A stretch of DNA of 64,000 bases, taken from IMG/VR virus record IMGVR_UViG_3300046616_000188. The stretch is one strand, 5' to 3'. Shown piece after piece: positions 54,012 through 63,609 of this stretch (within the stretch, counting starts at the first letter, position 1; each line of letters starts with the position of its first letter). Both the position numbers and the translations under genes were made by a program. The stretch comes from a virus. The notes beneath the pieces were generated by a model, which saw only the letters and a list, made by a program, of their open reading frames with translations, did no database searches and had not been told where the DNA came from.

Positions 54012-55433
54012 ATGCTACTTAGAAATATTATTACTTCCAGTGACGCTTACAAGTTCAGCCATCCCTTTGTTGTTCGAAATGACATTGATCGGGCCACGTC
54101 TTATATCGAGGCGAGAAAGACGGCTTACACCGACGAAATCGTTTTCTTTGGCCTACAGGCTTACATCAAGGAATATCTGGCGAAGCAGCTAACTATGGCT
54201 GACATTGACACGGCGGAACGTTATGCCAAGTCGGCTATGATTCCATTCGCTAGGGCTGTGTGGGAGCGTGTTGTCAATGAGTTTGACGGCTACGTTCCTG
54301 TGGCTATTGAAGCTCTTGCTGAAGGCACTGTGGTTCGTCCCGGCGTTGTCGTGGTCCAAGTCACTTCCTATAAGATGCCAGAAATTGTGGCAGATATTGA
54401 GACTTCTCTTTTACGTGGCATTTGGTATCCGTCTACCGTTGCAACACTTAGCCGTGCGATCAAGAAGAATATTGCTAATGCGTATAACGTAACGTCTGAT
54501 CTTGACATTACAGCGCCGATGACTTTGGCCTGTGCTCTCAATGATTTCGGCGCACGTGGTTGCAGCAGTGGTGAAACCGCTGCGCTAGGTGGTTTGGCCC
54601 ACGCAGTTAATTTCCTTGGTTCTGACACGATTGAAGCCATTGAAGCTGCGGTCACATATTACAATCACGATCTTGACACTGATGGTCCTGTCGTTATTTC
54701 TGTCCCAGCCACGGAACACAGCGTAACCACTATGAATGGTGAAGATGGCGAGTGCGACTTTGTCGGCAAAGTAATTGACACATTCACTGAGATGGGCTTC
54801 CCCATTGTCTCCATCGTCGCAGATAGTTATGATCTTGACCGTTTCGTCACTGAATATGTCGGTACGACGCATAAGGAAAAGATTGAGGCTCGCGACGGCT
54901 GGATCGTGGTTCGCCCCGATAGCGGTACGCCGCATTTTATTGTTCCTCATGTTCTGAAGCTTCTCGACGCCAAGTTTGGCAGCACGATAAATTCTAAGGG
55001 TTTTAAAGTTTTAAATCCAAAAGTTCGTGTTATTCAAGGCGATGGTGTAAACCTAGAGTCGATAAACAACATCCTTTCAGCCGTCAAGTGGTCTGGCTTC
55101 TCAGTCGAGAACGTCGTGTTCGGCATGGGAGGACAACTTTTACAGGCACCCATGAGAGATGATTTTAGTTGGGCCATGAAGACTAACGAAATCGTTGTTG
55201 ACGGTGAATATATCGATGTTCAGAAGAAGCCTAAGACTGACCTGAAGAAGTCGAGCAAGGGTGGCAGGCAAGCCGTGGTTTATAATGGCGAACACTTTGC
55301 CTCTGTCAAACTTCGTGACCTACTCAGCGCGAGCCACGGCACAAAGAACTATCTTGAATGGGTTTGGGACACAGGTAAATTCCTTAAACCAGAGATAACG
55401 TTCAAGGAAATTCGAGCCAACGCTTCGATCTAA
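54012..55433 (+). CDS. nadV: Nicotinamide phosphoribosyltransferase (NAMPT/NadV)
   Basis: DAYKFSH, FFGLQ, DFGARG, PATEHS, SIVADSYD, RPDSG, IQGDG, FGMGG.LLQ. Confidence 0.93.
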   Translation: MLLRNIITSSDAYKFSHPFVVRNDIDRATSYIEARKTAYTDEIVFFGLQAYIKEYLAKQLTMADIDTAERYAKSAMIPFARAVWERVVNEFDGYVPVAIEALAEGTVVRPGVVVVQVTSYKMPEIVADIETSLLRGIWYPSTVATLSRAIKKNIANAYNVTSDLDITAPMTLACALNDFGARGCSSGETAALGGLAHAVNFLGSDTIEAIEAAVTYYNHDLDTDGPVVISVPATEHSVTTMNGEDGECDFVGKVIDTFTEMGFPIVSIVADSYDLDRFVTEYVGTTHKEKIEARDGWIVVRPDSGTPHFIVPHVLKLLDAKFGSTINSKGFKVLNPKVRVIQGDGVNLESINNILSAVKWSGFSVENVVFGMGGQLLQAPMRDDFSWAMKTNEIVVDGEYIDVQKKPKTDLKKSSKGGRQAVVYNGEHFASVKLRDLLSASHGTKNYLEWVWDTGKFLKPEITFKEIRANASI

Positions 55434-55437
55434 AACT

Positions 55438-55460
55438 AGCCCGCTTCGGCGGGCTTTTTA
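55438..55460 (+). terminator. Intrinsic terminator
   Basis: AGCCCGC-TTCG-GCGGGCT-TTTT. Confidence 0.9.
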
Positions 55461-55477
55461 TTGTCCTCATATCAAGT

Positions 55478-55506
55478 CAAAAGAAAAGGCCCGCTAACGC
55501 GGGCCT
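55478..55506 (-). terminator. Intrinsic terminator (convergent)
   Basis: AGGCCCGC-GTTA-GCGGGCCT-TTTCTTTT on minus strand. Confidence 0.85.
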
Positions 55507-55790
55507 ATACTGTTACAATGATTTAAGCGGCTCTTACCACTCTTCATTTGTCTCTCTGTCACGCCGTGCCATCCAGTCATAATTCTCATCGTCTTCTGGA
55601 TTATTCAACTCCTGCATAATCTCGGCATATTCGTCAAGAATGTCAGATTCACGCTTCGTTACTGGATTAGCCATTTACTTCGTTCTCCTTGATTAAGTCT
55701 TTCAGTTCTTTTTGGTAAACTTCGTTGCCAGTCGTGTCATACATGTGGCAAAGAAAATCTATAATACTTTCAAGTTGGTCTTTTTCTGCG

Positions 55791-56180
55791 TTATCCATAA
55801 ACTTCTACTAGGTTCCTGATTGCTGTTTTGATGTAGTTGTCGATCTTTGGGGCACGTTCCGGTAATTCGGAGAGGCCAGTGCCGAGGCCGTCGAGAGGGA
55901 TGATCAGTATGCCGTCAAGCGCGAGATGCTTGTAGACCGGCTCCATATCGACAAGATAATGATCTTCAAACAGGTCGAAATCATCATCGCAGAAATAGCT
56001 GTTTTCGTATTGAGATGGGAGTTTCTTTGTCGCGATGCCAACGGCGTTTGGTTCGCCGCGCATTTCTTTGGCCTGCCCGCCTAAGCCTTGGCGCTTCAGG
56101 TTATCTCCGAAGAGATATAAGATGTGAGGATTGGCTTGTAGATCGACGCGGTAAATAAATTTCTGGTATATTACAGGCAT
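55791..56180 (-). CDS. Conserved phage protein, probable macrodomain-like fold
   Basis: LFGDN...G.GGQA..RG.PNA.GI.TK...GLGTGL. Confidence 0.6.
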   Translation of the reverse strand: MPVIYQKFIYRVDLQANPHILYLFGDNLKRQGLGGQAKEMRGEPNAVGIATKKLPSQYENSYFCDDDFDLFEDHYLVDMEPVYKHLALDGILIIPLDGLGTGLSELPERAPKIDNYIKTAIRNLVEVYG

Positions 56181-56522
56181 TTAGACATTTCTCTCATCAT
56201 TGTTTCGGCCAAACCATCCAGTTGAACTTTACTGAGGTTCTTTTTCTGATCCGCCGCGAAGTGTTTACAGACGGTTTGAATGTCCAATTTAAAAATGTCG
56301 TCCTTACTTTTCTGTGTCAGCATTATTATCCTCTAATCGTTTAAAGCCATGAACGGCACAATCTTTGTGATACCGTGCCACTATCTTACCGTCTGGTCTA
56401 ATGAAGTCAATAGCCTCAGTCGCTTTAATGTTGCTTTGAATAGGGTCACAGGTGCAAATTTTTTCTTCAGTCATTATGTTCTTTTTCTTATCACACTTTC
56501 TCGAATTAATTCGAAAAAGGTG

Positions 56523-56574
56523 TTGACAAAGTGATTATGACGTGATATTTAGCACACTTATTAACGAAAGTCAA
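56523..56574. promoter_or_regulatory. Bidirectional promoter sharing one -10 hexamer
   Basis: + TTGACA-N17-TATTTA; - TTGACT-N17-TAAATA; both use 56546-56551. Confidence 0.65.
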
Positions 56575-56581
56575 GAGTTAA

Positions 56582-56806
56582 GTGATTATAATTTATAATA
56601 ATTTTGAGTGGGCCTATTTCCAAGAGCAGTTCGATTACTACATTGTCTCAGGTTACGTCATGACTTGTCCCTGCCCCGTCACTGGCGATCCAATTGTCCA
56701 CGACGTTAAAATTGAAGAGATTTGGGACGTGGAACAAAATAAGAACTTGACAAATGTGATTGGGCATGATTGGATAGCCTCGAATTTAGATAATCGCATA
56801 TATTAA
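56582..56806 (+). CDS. Hypothetical protein
   Basis: GTG start after promoter. Confidence 0.45.
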   Translation: MIIIYNNFEWAYFQEQFDYYIVSGYVMTCPCPVTGDPIVHDVKIEEIWDVEQNKNLTNVIGHDWIASNLDNRIY

Positions 56807-56819
56807 TTAGGTATTTTTA

Positions 56820-58943
56820 ATGAAATCAAATAACGCATTAGCTTCTGATGTGACGGTACACGGCGCTCAGGAATCGGGCAATTTTACCATTGACGCAAAT
56901 GGTAAAGCTTTTAAAATTCTAATCGACGGACTATATTCGAACAAAATCCAAGCCATTGTCAGAGAGCTTTCATCGAACGCTTACGACGCGCAGATAGCAG
57001 CCGGTCGTAGTGATTTTGCCTTCGATATTCAACTCCCCAATCTCCTTGATCCGATCTTCTCAGTCAGAGACTATGGAACTTCTTTGATCCACGAAGATAT
57101 TATGGGCCTATATACCACGGTCTTCAGGAGCACTAAGGAGAACACGAATCTAGCCATCGGCAAGTTCGGCCTAGGTTCTAAAACGCCTTTCGCCTATACC
57201 GATAGCTTCACCGTAACCGCGTTTCTACGCGGCACGAAGCGTATCTATGGCGCTTACATCAATCCTAACGGCATTCCTCAAATCTCTCTCATGATGTCGG
57301 AAGACACGGACGAGCTAGACGGCTTGATGGTTTCGTTCCCCGTCAATTCAAAGGACTGCGAACGCTTCAGGTCTGAGACGGAAAAGGTCTTGGAAGGTTT
57401 TGACGTTATGCCGAACGTCAGAGGCGGCGAAGTCACGGTAGAAAAATATGCAATTGTCCATACCGGTTCTAATTTTAAAATTCTCACCAATGGTGGGGCA
57501 AGAGCTAAACAAGGCTGTGTGATTTACCCCCTTGATAAGGGTGCGTTAGGCTCCCTGACCAAGGCCCAACTGGATATTTTAAATTCGAACATCTTGATCG
57601 ATTTCCCGGTGGGGCAATTGGACATTACTCCGAGCCGTGAATCACTGAGCTACGATGACAATACTATTAAAAATATTATTGACATGGTCGATAAGATTCA
57701 CGAAGAACTTGTCCGAGACATTGCAGCCTTGTTCGCCAAGGTTAGAACGATGCACGAGGCGCGCTGTTTCGTTGCTCTGCATAAAACTTCTCCTATTAAA
57801 GCAATCAGTAACTATGCCGCTCACCTTAGATTTAATAATAAACCAGTCTATCCCGCGACATCTATGGCAAGGGATAAATTACGCCAAGTCTACGGTGTCG
57901 GTATTACTCAGATCAGTGATCATAACATTAGACATGAAAAGCCTATCAGGTTCAATGATAAAGAGTACGCCACGAAGTGGGAAGTAGACGAAGACACGAT
58001 GTTCTTGGTCGAGGATTACACCAAGGACAAACACGTCAAATTAATTAAAGCTAGAATTCACAATAATTTAGGGCGTCACAAGAATATTGTTTGGGTAAGA
58101 GATTACGAACGTGATCCGAAAAAATGGAGAAGCTTTCTCAGACTACTCGGATTCCCGCCGAAGTTCTATAAGCTGGAAGATTTCGTCCTGCCAGAACGGG
58201 AAAAACTGGATCGTGCCACTTTCGCGCCAAGAATAAAGAAGAACGAAGTCAGGATTATTCGATTTGATCGATACGAAGATGTGGTTGATTTAAATACATT
58301 ACCTAGTAATACTCGCTACGTCATCTCACATAACGGCACGCTATGGGTAGACGAGAATTATGATAATTATGTCTACGAGCAGACCGTTAGGAACCTATTC
58401 GAAGACACTTCAAATATCTTAGTGGTGAAACAGAAGTCACTCAATAAAGTTAAGGCGGCGGGCGTGACTAACGCATTGACGGAACGCCGAGACGACTTAG
58501 CCAGAGATTTAGATTTCGAATCATTCGTTGCAAAAAGCAATTTGGAGAAATATTTAAACCACTGGATCAAAGATTATGCCAGTGAGTTAAGTACATTAGA
58601 ATACGAAAGTGACACTTCGTTTAAAAAAGTCCTTGACTTTATGCGAAAATATGTTAAGACGGAAAGCACTGAACAAAGTGAGAACGCAGCCAACATTATG
58701 TTGTGGCAAAAACTTGTTACGTCAACCGTCTTCTATGCGAAGCAAAACGAATTCACAATTCCTAAACCGGAAGACGATGAAACCCTTAGTTATTGGGTCG
58801 GTAAGATCGTAGAAGAATATCCCTTGACAAAGAAATATATCGGTAAGCATTGGGACGACGGCACTTTCTCATCCGATCTGGAACATATTTTTAATTATAT
58901 TAAAATGGTAGATAAGTTCAATGCCGAAAATTGTGTATCATGA
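56820..58943 (+). CDS. rIIA: rIIA-like protein (GHKL N-terminus)
   Basis: LYSNKIQAIVRELSSNAYDA, DYGT, GKFGLGSK.PFAYTD.F.V. Confidence 0.9.
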   Translation: MKSNNALASDVTVHGAQESGNFTIDANGKAFKILIDGLYSNKIQAIVRELSSNAYDAQIAAGRSDFAFDIQLPNLLDPIFSVRDYGTSLIHEDIMGLYTTVFRSTKENTNLAIGKFGLGSKTPFAYTDSFTVTAFLRGTKRIYGAYINPNGIPQISLMMSEDTDELDGLMVSFPVNSKDCERFRSETEKVLEGFDVMPNVRGGEVTVEKYAIVHTGSNFKILTNGGARAKQGCVIYPLDKGALGSLTKAQLDILNSNILIDFPVGQLDITPSRESLSYDDNTIKNIIDMVDKIHEELVRDIAALFAKVRTMHEARCFVALHKTSPIKAISNYAAHLRFNNKPVYPATSMARDKLRQVYGVGITQISDHNIRHEKPIRFNDKEYATKWEVDEDTMFLVEDYTKDKHVKLIKARIHNNLGRHKNIVWVRDYERDPKKWRSFLRLLGFPPKFYKLEDFVLPEREKLDRATFAPRIKKNEVRIIRFDRYEDVVDLNTLPSNTRYVISHNGTLWVDENYDNYVYEQTVRNLFEDTSNILVVKQKSLNKVKAAGVTNALTERRDDLARDLDFESFVAKSNLEKYLNHWIKDYASELSTLEYESDTSFKKVLDFMRKYVKTESTEQSENAANIMLWQKLVTSTVFYAKQNEFTIPKPEDDETLSYWVGKIVEEYPLTKKYIGKHWDDGTFSSDLEHIFNYIKMVDKFNAENCVS

Positions 58944-59250
58944 TACTTGGGGATCGTTCTGGATTCCCGAAGAAATTTTCAGACGTTATTGTGAATTAAA
59001 AAATTTGGAATTTGAAGTAAAGCAAGGCCCTTGCGGCAGGGAATTATACATAAACGGCGAATGGCAGGATGAGGATGATGACCCGATTGAGCGAAGCGAT
59101 TGGGCCTATGTCCAAGCCGTGGAAGAATTTCCCGATTATGGTCTAGCTGTGACTGATGAAATCCCAAGTGGTACTAGATACAGAATTGAACATTACGACG
59201 GTAAAGAAACCGTTATCACTTTAGACGAAATTAATTGGAGAATTGCATAA
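58921..59250 (+). CDS. Conserved phage protein
   Basis: KIV....G.F...R.D...VQAVEE...EIP....Y.I..YDG.E. Confidence 0.7.
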   Translation: MPKIVYHDTWGSFWIPEEIFRRYCELKNLEFEVKQGPCGRELYINGEWQDEDDDPIERSDWAYVQAVEEFPDYGLAVTDEIPSGTRYRIEHYDGKETVITLDEINWRIA

Positions 59251-60221
59251 TGGAAAATATCGGTTTTATTCTAACCGGCAATGGTGTCACACTATTTTTT
59301 GATGGAAAGTCGGTCCCGGTAGACAAGACTCATCTCTATTTCAATGAGATTGTCGAAGAATTGAAGAAGGGTTACGACAACTTTGACGTGGCTCGGATCA
59401 AGGAGCTTTCAAACATTCCTGAAGCTATTAAGGGCAAGCTGTATGGCGATGTCACTGTTGCTGATGGTCTGATTTATTATAAGAATAAGCTGGTCCACAA
59501 CACCCTGACGAACAAGATGATCGAAGTGATGAAGGAAGGTTGGGACATTGCTATCTGGGCCAACTTCCTGAATAACGTGATGAAAAACCCTTCACAAACT
59601 GCGATTGACGAACTATATCTGTTCCTTGAAGCGTCACAGATGCCGATCACGCCAGATGGTTATTTTCTAGCATTCAAGAAGGTAAAAAATGACTATACCA
59701 GTATTTACGACGGCAAGACAGATAACAGTATTGGCTCAAAGCCTTCTATGCCTCGTGAGAAAGTGGACCCCAATCGCAATTCTACTTGCAGCCGTGGTCT
59801 TCATTTCTGTGCTCATAGTTACCTGACCCATTTCGGACATTCTTCAGATTCCCGCGTCGTGATTGTTAAAATCAATCCAGCCGATGTTGTCGCGATCCCC
59901 TCTGATTACTCTAATGCTAAAGGCAGGGCTTGGACCTACGAAGTCGTTGGCGAAATTGCTAATCCCGGCGATGGCGAGCGTGAAAAGCGTTTCGATAAGG
60001 TCGTGGATGATAGCTGGGACGCTCCTGAAGTCGAAGAAAACGTCGTAGAAGAACAAGGTGAACTTCTCTTCGGTGACATTTACACCGCGAAGGAAATTCT
60101 TGACAAAGTGAATGAAGTAGGTTCTATCAGAGCCGCTGGACGCGCCCTTGGCATTGCTAAATCGACGTTCGGTGATTGGGTCAAGAAGGCAAAGGAGTTG
60201 GTTGATGAAGATGAAGACTAA
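59250..60221 (+). CDS. rIIB: rIIB-like protein with C-terminal HTH
   Basis: PITPDG.FLAFKKV, MPR..VD.N...CSRGLH, INPADVV.IP.DY. Confidence 0.9.
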   Translation: MENIGFILTGNGVTLFFDGKSVPVDKTHLYFNEIVEELKKGYDNFDVARIKELSNIPEAIKGKLYGDVTVADGLIYYKNKLVHNTLTNKMIEVMKEGWDIAIWANFLNNVMKNPSQTAIDELYLFLEASQMPITPDGYFLAFKKVKNDYTSIYDGKTDNSIGSKPSMPREKVDPNRNSTCSRGLHFCAHSYLTHFGHSSDSRVVIVKINPADVVAIPSDYSNAKGRAWTYEVVGEIANPGDGEREKRFDKVVDDSWDAPEVEENVVEEQGELLFGDIYTAKEILDKVNEVGSIRAAGRALGIAKSTFGDWVKKAKELVDEDED

Positions 60222-60549
60222 GATTATTCTAGGTGTGGCGGCTGTCATGGCCGTCACCTATGGCATTCGTTACACCTTTGTCGCAGCGACAACTGAAACT
60301 GTTACGGAGCGTTTTATTCGAGACAGTGAACGTGTCTGTGCTCAGAATAATGAGTGTAAATATCTCGCCTTTGGCGAAACTGAAACTTTCGAAAACACAG
60401 ATACTTGGGCCTTTCTCAAGTTTAATAGCTCAGATGTGAATCGCTCTCTGGTAAAAGATAATGTATGCCGGATGCAGGTTTACGGAATTCGTTGGGGCTT
60501 CATGTCTTGGTATCGCAACATTGTAAAGGTTTACGAGTGCAAACCATAA
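60205..60549 (+). CDS. DUF1523-like exported protein
   Basis: N-terminal TM; ETFENTD...KFNSSD...VYG.R..FMS.YRNI. Confidence 0.75.
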   Translation: MKMKTKIILGVAAVMAVTYGIRYTFVAATTETVTERFIRDSERVCAQNNECKYLAFGETETFENTDTWAFLKFNSSDVNRSLVKDNVCRMQVYGIRWGFMSWYRNIVKVYECKP

Positions 60550-61682
60550 TTTATAAAACTTTATTTCACCTAGACAATAATGACAATATTCGCGAATGGT
60601 TCATGGAGCAAGACGGCTCAAGGTATCGAACCAATTCAGGCATTAGAGGTGGCAAGATCGTCACTTCTGATTGGAAGCAAGCCAGCGCGAAGAACGTGGG
60701 CAAAACAAACGCTACGACGGATGAAGCTCAAGCCACGGCAGAAATCGAAGCTATCTATCAGAAAAAGTTGGACCGCAAATACAGCTTAACCGCTGATACG
60801 GCGCAGCGTTCCAACTTCCTTCAGCCAATGCTTGCCGCGACTTATGATGAGGCGAAGACGCTTAAGAAGAAAAAGCGTTGGTACTCTCAGCCAAAACTCG
60901 ACGGACTACGTTGTGTCATGGATGATTCCGGTGGCACATCTAGGGCCGGAAAGCCTTTCCACACCGTGGCACATCTTGTTGACGAGCTTGAAACAGCGTC
61001 AGAAAAATACAACGTCACATTTGACGGTGAGCTATATAATCACGGACTGAAACATGATTTCGAAAAGATTGTTTCACTCGTTAAAAAGCAAAAACTCTCC
61101 AGTCTCACCGAAGAAGAATTAGTCGAAATCGCGGCCAAGGTCGAATTTCATATCTATGACGTAATTTTTTGGGACGATCTTGAGCGACGTTACGAAGATC
61201 GTCTCAGTTTCCTCACAGAAATCTTTGACGAAGACTTCGCTGACGTTGTAATGCTTAAGTTTGTTCCGGCCAAGCTTCATGACAATTTGACGCATGAAGA
61301 AGCGGTGGCGGAACACGACTATTGGTTCGAGCGGGGCTATGAAGGCTTAATGCTTAGAGATGCAGATGCCCCGTATGAGAATAAGCGTTCCAAAGGCCTT
61401 GTAAAATTTAAAGATTTCGATGAAGCAGAATTTAAGATTGTAGGCTTTGTCGAAGGCCAAGGAAATTGGGCCGGTGCGTTGAAAGCAGTTGAGGTTGAAG
61501 TTCCAAGCGGCACTTCTGAAGCTGGCGTGGCTGGGCCTTACGAACTTAACGCTCAGCGATTGATAGAGGCTGAAGAGTACCTTGGCGGCGATGCGACGAT
61601 TAAGCACAAGGGCTGGACCAAAGACGGAAAGCTCCGTCACGGCGTGGCAAAGGCGCTGCACAAAGGTAAGAGAGATTATTAA
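60537..61682 (+). CDS. lig: ATP-dependent DNA ligase
   Basis: PMLA, QPKLDGLRC, FDGELY, EGLMLR, KRSK.L.K.K. Confidence 0.93.
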   Translation: MQTIIYKTLFHLDNNDNIREWFMEQDGSRYRTNSGIRGGKIVTSDWKQASAKNVGKTNATTDEAQATAEIEAIYQKKLDRKYSLTADTAQRSNFLQPMLAATYDEAKTLKKKKRWYSQPKLDGLRCVMDDSGGTSRAGKPFHTVAHLVDELETASEKYNVTFDGELYNHGLKHDFEKIVSLVKKQKLSSLTEEELVEIAAKVEFHIYDVIFWDDLERRYEDRLSFLTEIFDEDFADVVMLKFVPAKLHDNLTHEEAVAEHDYWFERGYEGLMLRDADAPYENKRSKGLVKFKDFDEAEFKIVGFVEGQGNWAGALKAVEVEVPSGTSEAGVAGPYELNAQRLIEAEEYLGGDATIKHKGWTKDGKLRHGVAKALHKGKRDY

Positions 61683-61683
61683 A

Positions 61684-61887
61684 ATGAATAATATTTATGC
61701 ATTTACACCAGCTGGCATCTATCCAGAATTCATTTCCGTCAACGTTGAGGATGACTTAGTAAGTTTCACGGTTCGTAGCCCTCCTAAACGCTTTGCGTTG
61801 GGCTTGGATATTGGCGAAATTGCTGCGATCCGTCTCAGCCGTGACGAAGCCAGACAGATGGCGGAAAATATTTTAAAGGCTCTATGA
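61684..61887 (+). CDS. Hypothetical protein
   Basis: Start trimmed to MNNIYAF. Confidence 0.65.
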   Translation: MNNIYAFTPAGIYPEFISVNVEDDLVSFTVRSPPKRFALGLDIGEIAAIRLSRDEARQMAENILKAL

Positions 61888-62210
61888 TGTATCGCGAACC
61901 AGAAATTAAAATCCCTCAATATCAGTGGGACAGAATTAACCGACGACTCGCAAAGCTTCAAGCGCTTGAAGATCACGGTGTTCAGTATTGGGCCATGCAT
62001 GACACTGCATTGAGAGAGTGGCAAAAGAAAGTAGACATCGAAGATTCGGTGCAAGAAATGATTGACGATATCAATGATATTCTCACTGAAGCAGATATTG
62101 ACCAACCAGCTGGTCCCGGCTGCGGCTACGCAATTTCATTTGATGAAAAAGAAATGGCAAAGCGGCTAGAGGAATTTTACGAGCGCCATAACAAGTTGAG
62201 ATTACTATGA
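61884..62210 (+). CDS. Hypothetical protein
   Basis: L..LE..GV..W..Y/H motif. Confidence 0.65.
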   Translation: MMYREPEIKIPQYQWDRINRRLAKLQALEDHGVQYWAMHDTALREWQKKVDIEDSVQEMIDDINDILTEADIDQPAGPGCGYAISFDEKEMAKRLEEFYERHNKLRLL

Positions 62211-62695
62211 CAATTCAATATTATGCCGGAATAGGCTCGCGTCAAACACCCGACGAAGTAATGGCTGAGATGAGGATGATTGCCGCTATCTTGAGAGAGA
62301 ATGGTTACGTCCTTAATTCAGGTGGCGCGGATGGGGCAGATACCGCGTTTGAAGAAGGTGCTGGTGATTTGAAACAAATTTTCCTGCCATGGGAAGGCTT
62401 TAACGGTAGGACAGATGGAATTATTGCCGGTGGCAAGACAGCGGCGAAGAAAATCGCTATGAGGGTGCATCCTTATTGGGACAACCTGACACAGGGTGGC
62501 AAGAAGCTCCATACCAGAAATGCTTGTCAAGTTCTAGGCGCTGATCTAAAGACACATGTTGATTTTGTTATATGCTGGACCCCCGATGGCAAGCCTAGCG
62601 GCGGAACCAGAACAGCGATCATCATTGCGGAACAGAATGGAATTCCGGTTTATAATTTAAAGAGCGCGAAATTCCCTATTGACAATTTCCTGTGA
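62207..62695 (+). CDS. SLOG superfamily (DprA/Smf-like) protein
   Basis: YAGIGSR, SGGADGAD.AFE, RN..QVLG, GGT..AI..A....IPV.NL. Confidence 0.85.
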   Translation: MTIQYYAGIGSRQTPDEVMAEMRMIAAILRENGYVLNSGGADGADTAFEEGAGDLKQIFLPWEGFNGRTDGIIAGGKTAAKKIAMRVHPYWDNLTQGGKKLHTRNACQVLGADLKTHVDFVICWTPDGKPSGGTRTAIIIAEQNGIPVYNLKSAKFPIDNFL

Positions 62696-62706
62696 CGTGG
62701 TAACTT
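62679..62706 (+). promoter_or_regulatory. sigma70-type promoter
   Basis: TTGACA-N16-TAACTT. Confidence 0.5.
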
Positions 62707-62744
62707 TTCCTTACATTCACAAAACGAACTAAGGAGATTTTGTC

Positions 62745-63047
62745 ATGCAGGAAGTCACTTACCGCACCGCGCTCCGCAAGCTGATCCTCGCTGGCGGCAG
62801 CATCATGAGCGCAACCTTCGTCAAGCAAGATGGTGAAGTTCGTGAAATGAGGTTCCGTCGCAACGTTGCGACACAGGTCAAGAACAATCCAGACAACGCT
62901 AAGAACGATAGCCGCCAGCGCGTCAGACGTGGTTCGCTCATCACCGTGGTTGAAATGGATGGCGATCAAGATCGTAAATGGAAAACGATCAATCTTCGCA
63001 CCCTCAAAGAACTGCGTATTAGTAAAGAAAGTTATGTCATTAAATGA
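62745..63047 (+). CDS. WYL-like/SH3-barrel (DUF2693-like) protein
   Basis: F.K.DGE.R.M...W.TINL..L. Confidence 0.65.
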   Translation: MQEVTYRTALRKLILAGGSIMSATFVKQDGEVREMRFRRNVATQVKNNPDNAKNDSRQRVRRGSLITVVEMDGDQDRKWKTINLRTLKELRISKESYVIK

Positions 63048-63379
63048 ATCAAGAATTCGTTGATAATATTGTGGATCAAGTAAAAAATTTCTATTGCGAG
63101 GTCCAGTGGAACAGAGTGGTGGAACACTTTGGCGAAGAGGCTGCTAATGATCTTGATCTGCTGGATAGATTCGACTTTGCCGAAGTTTTTGAAAGAGGTG
63201 ACCTTAAGGAGTGCGAAATATTCTATAACATAGCCTTCATCCAGAAGGTTTTGATCAACGCGCTTTTCGATATTGGAAACAGTGAAGAGGCGCAGACAAC
63301 GTTCACTTATCTGGAATACTGGATATATAAATTATTTGATAGACACTCAGGCGTGGAAAAGGGTTTATGGCTTCAATGA
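63044..63379 (+). CDS. Acidic hypothetical protein
   Basis: Packed ORF. Confidence 0.6.
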   Translation: MNQEFVDNIVDQVKNFYCEVQWNRVVEHFGEEAANDLDLLDRFDFAEVFERGDLKECEIFYNIAFIQKVLINALFDIGNSEEAQTTFTYLEYWIYKLFDRHSGVEKGLWLQ

Positions 63380-63609
63380 TTAAAAAGACCGCAGTTGTTT
63401 GCGCAGACTTCGTGGAATTTGACGATGTGACAAAGTTCCGTCACAAAGTTGGAGTAGAGGAATACGTTCACGTAGGTTCTCTATCTGACCTAGAAAGCAT
63501 TGACATTCTTACAAATGTCATCTATCTTAAATCAGCAAAAGACTTGGAGGAGTTTACGCTGATCAAGACAGCAGTAAGTGAAAAAGGAGTGACGGAGCGA
63601 TGGCAGTAA
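63367..63609 (+). CDS. Hypothetical protein
   Basis: Packed ORF. Confidence 0.55.
   Translation: MASMIKKTAVVCADFVEFDDVTKFRHKVGVEEYVHVGSLSDLESIDILTNVIYLKSAKDLEEFTLIKTAVSEKGVTERWQ

Noticed and set aside
35700-55400. Minus-strand ORFs in this block (e.g. 38437-39066, 42924-43355, 54585-54950)
   Set aside because: Antisense to recognisable plus-strand genes.
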